Below, piece after piece: positions 62,049-64,000 of a stretch of DNA of 64,000 nucleotides. The position numbers were made by a program, and so were the translations under genes. The notes under the pieces were generated by a model that was given only the letters and a program-made list of their open reading frames with translations, did not search any database and was not told the origin of the DNA. This stretch comes from Eledone cirrhosa (Eukaryota), in NCBI GenBank assembly GCA_964016885.1, contig CAXHJY010001232.1, positions 62,001 through 126,000 of the forward strand. The letters run 5' to 3'. Positions within the stretch are counted from its first letter, which is position 1, and each line of letters starts with the position of its first letter.

Positions 62049-62153
62049 ATTTTTTATACCCTTTATTATTTCCTTACCTTATAAAATTATGTTTTTTCAC
62101 AAAAAAGTATTCTGTCTCTTATATATTCCGTGTGCCATTACCAACCTCAATTT

Positions 62154-62201
<48 letters not shown>

Positions 62202-62984
62202 AAGAGCCAAATATCGTACAAAAGACATGGTATATTGTATATATACCAAATACATATTCTTCTATAGAATATGTATTTGGTATATATTATAGTTTCATCT
62301 GTGTTGTAGATTATTGCACCGGTATTACTCTTGGGATATCTCTTTCCATTTTTTTTAATTTTTGCCATAGTTTTGTGTTGTTTTCAAAGGGCGTTTCACC
62401 AAGTGTGATGGGCATTCTACGGTATTTTAATAAACCAGACTGACACATTAACCTTTGCGATAGCTCTTAATGGAAACACAATAGTGTTCTGTTTACAACA
62501 AAATGATAGCCGACTCCAAATTTAGATACAAAATTAAACTTTGTTAATATTTATTTTCTCACCAGTCATCTTCATTGTGTTTTTCATAAATTGATGTTTC
62601 AGCAATTCAAATAATAGAAGCAATACAAGTTTTCAGATGCTATATAGTGCTGCCATGTATCTCATGTAATGTGTTATTGTTTTGTTTTTTTATTTAGCCT
62701 CAGGTTAGCCCTGATTCAGCAAGCCTATGAGCGGAAACATTCTAGTCATGAACATCCGGTGTTTTTGTATATCTAAGACTAGATTGCTTGTACCGTTTCC
62801 TTTTTAAGACAATAGTGATTTGGCTGCTATTTCTAGCAGACGAAGCAACCGTGTGAACGCTGGCTCATTGGCTCAAGGAATATTGTATAATTAGGGAGGT
62901 ATACTTAGATAGAAAAAGAAATTCACAAATATAGCTTTGTTGCATAGTTCTGCATGGTCTGTAAAAATACTTCTTTTAAGAGGT

Positions 62985-63093
62985 GAAGGCAAAAGGGTAA
63001 AGACTCCCTTCGGTCACAAATGACCATGGGATTTGCACCTAGAAAGTTCCTCTCCGAGGCACTAGTTCGGGCAAGGCTGTTTGTGGAAGACCA
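62985..63093 (-). mobile_element. Probable SINE/LINE 3' fragment
   Basis: GGTAAAGACTCCCTTCGGTCA..GACCATGGGATTTGCACCTAGAAAGTT resembles a cephalopod interspersed repeat end; recognition only. Confidence 0.45.
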
Positions 63094-63519
63094 TAGGCCA
63101 GAAATTCGCAATTACTCATGTTGGGAACTTTAGGAAGATAAGATATAGTGTTAATTCTTAGTTTCAACCCATTCCGTTCATTTTAAAATTAAAGTTGTAT
63201 TTACAAGAGATTTTAAAGATTGTATGTCACAACGACCGAGTTGTTATATTACAATGAAAGAACCAGAGAACAAGGTTGTAAAGTAATAGTCAAATAATAA
63301 AATACAGATACTCAGACCAGCATGAAGTATACAGTACAGTATGCATGTATGGATTCTTGGTAGAGTTGTTGGGGAACCGTAGTGATATACAGCGTTTCTT
63401 GGATATTTTGAAACCTGGTAGAGTTCATCCCCTCTCCAGGTCTGAACACAGCAGATTTCTCCCAGAGAAGAAAAAGAAAGAAAAAAAAGGGAGAGTGAGA
63501 CAGAGACATAAGGGAAGAA

Positions 63520-63670
63520 TCGATTCCAGTGCTTGACTAGTACTATATTTATTGACATTGAAAGAAGGAAAAGTCGACCTTGGCGCAATTCGAACTCAGA
63601 TTGCTGAGAGCCGAAACGAATACCTAAAGAATTCTATTCGATGTTTTGATGGCTCTCCCAATTCACTGCT
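63520..63670 (-). mobile_element. Old diverged SINE copy
   Basis: ACTAGTACTATATTTATTGAC..AAAGTCGACCTTGGCGCAATTCGAACTCAGA. Confidence 0.6.
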
Positions 63671-64000
63671 TTTATACAGTACTGTGCAATGCAAGAAAAT
63701 GTTTTTCGCGTTTCCAGGTTAATTCACTGGGATAGAAAGTATTTGACATAGGTTTTTAAGATAGAGAAAGTATCAACTGACAAATGTTATTGGCTGAGAA
63801 TGGTAGTCCTGTTGATTATAACAGTAGATAACAGTTTGAAATGTATCTTTTTTAGACAATTTTCTCAGATTGGTTTGCATGCAAGACTAACCTAGATGCC
63901 TGCAGATGTGTGCTTCCTGGAGATACAAGCAACTAATGCTTATATCTTCAGGTACTCAGGCCCAACGGAAACTAAGTTTTGTTATCTAATTCGGTTTGTA

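Larger units (their letters stand above)
57372..62158 (-). mobile_element. Penelope-like element with ~1.06 kb inverted pLTR arms (57407-58465 / 61079-62158), in (TA)n
   Basis: RT+GIY-YIG ORF. Arms are near-identical outside an internal compound (TA/CA)n. The left arm has a ~35 bp extra tail. Confidence 0.93.

Noticed and set aside
63860-63960. Possible host exon (TTTTCTCAG...CAG|GTACT)
   Set aside because: All three frames contain a stop and there is no recognisable homology.

Overview
Eukaryotic, transposon-saturated, gene-free 64 kb window. The SINE and microsatellite repertoire suggests an octopod cephalopod (inference from recognition only). No host protein-coding exon could be supported, and most of the ORF track is microsatellite or antisense noise. 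Real coding sequence is all mobile-element derived: a head-to-tail array of Tx1/L1-clade LINEs joined through (TATC)n; a PHD-finger-bearing RTE LINE nested in the first Tx1; R4/Dong-clade RLE retrotransposons in (CATA)n; RTE-BovB remnants and many short bipartite RTE derivatives with (ATGT)n tails; Expander, CR1 and CRE fragments; tandem non-autonomous Helitrons; and several Penelope-like elements (PLEs), one with an uninterrupted RT+GIY-YIG ORF. The most interesting signal is a cluster of (TA)n-embedded fold-back elements at 52.7-62.2 kb. They range from a coding PLE to a ~620 bp non-coding palindrome. They share minimal hammerhead-like motifs (including U3-A8 core covariants) and the same two-step junction (short local hairpin, then a jump to an inverted copy of the 3' end). 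A second theme is apparent partitioning of microsatellite types among retroelement clades. Coordinates were read by eye and may be off by a few bases.
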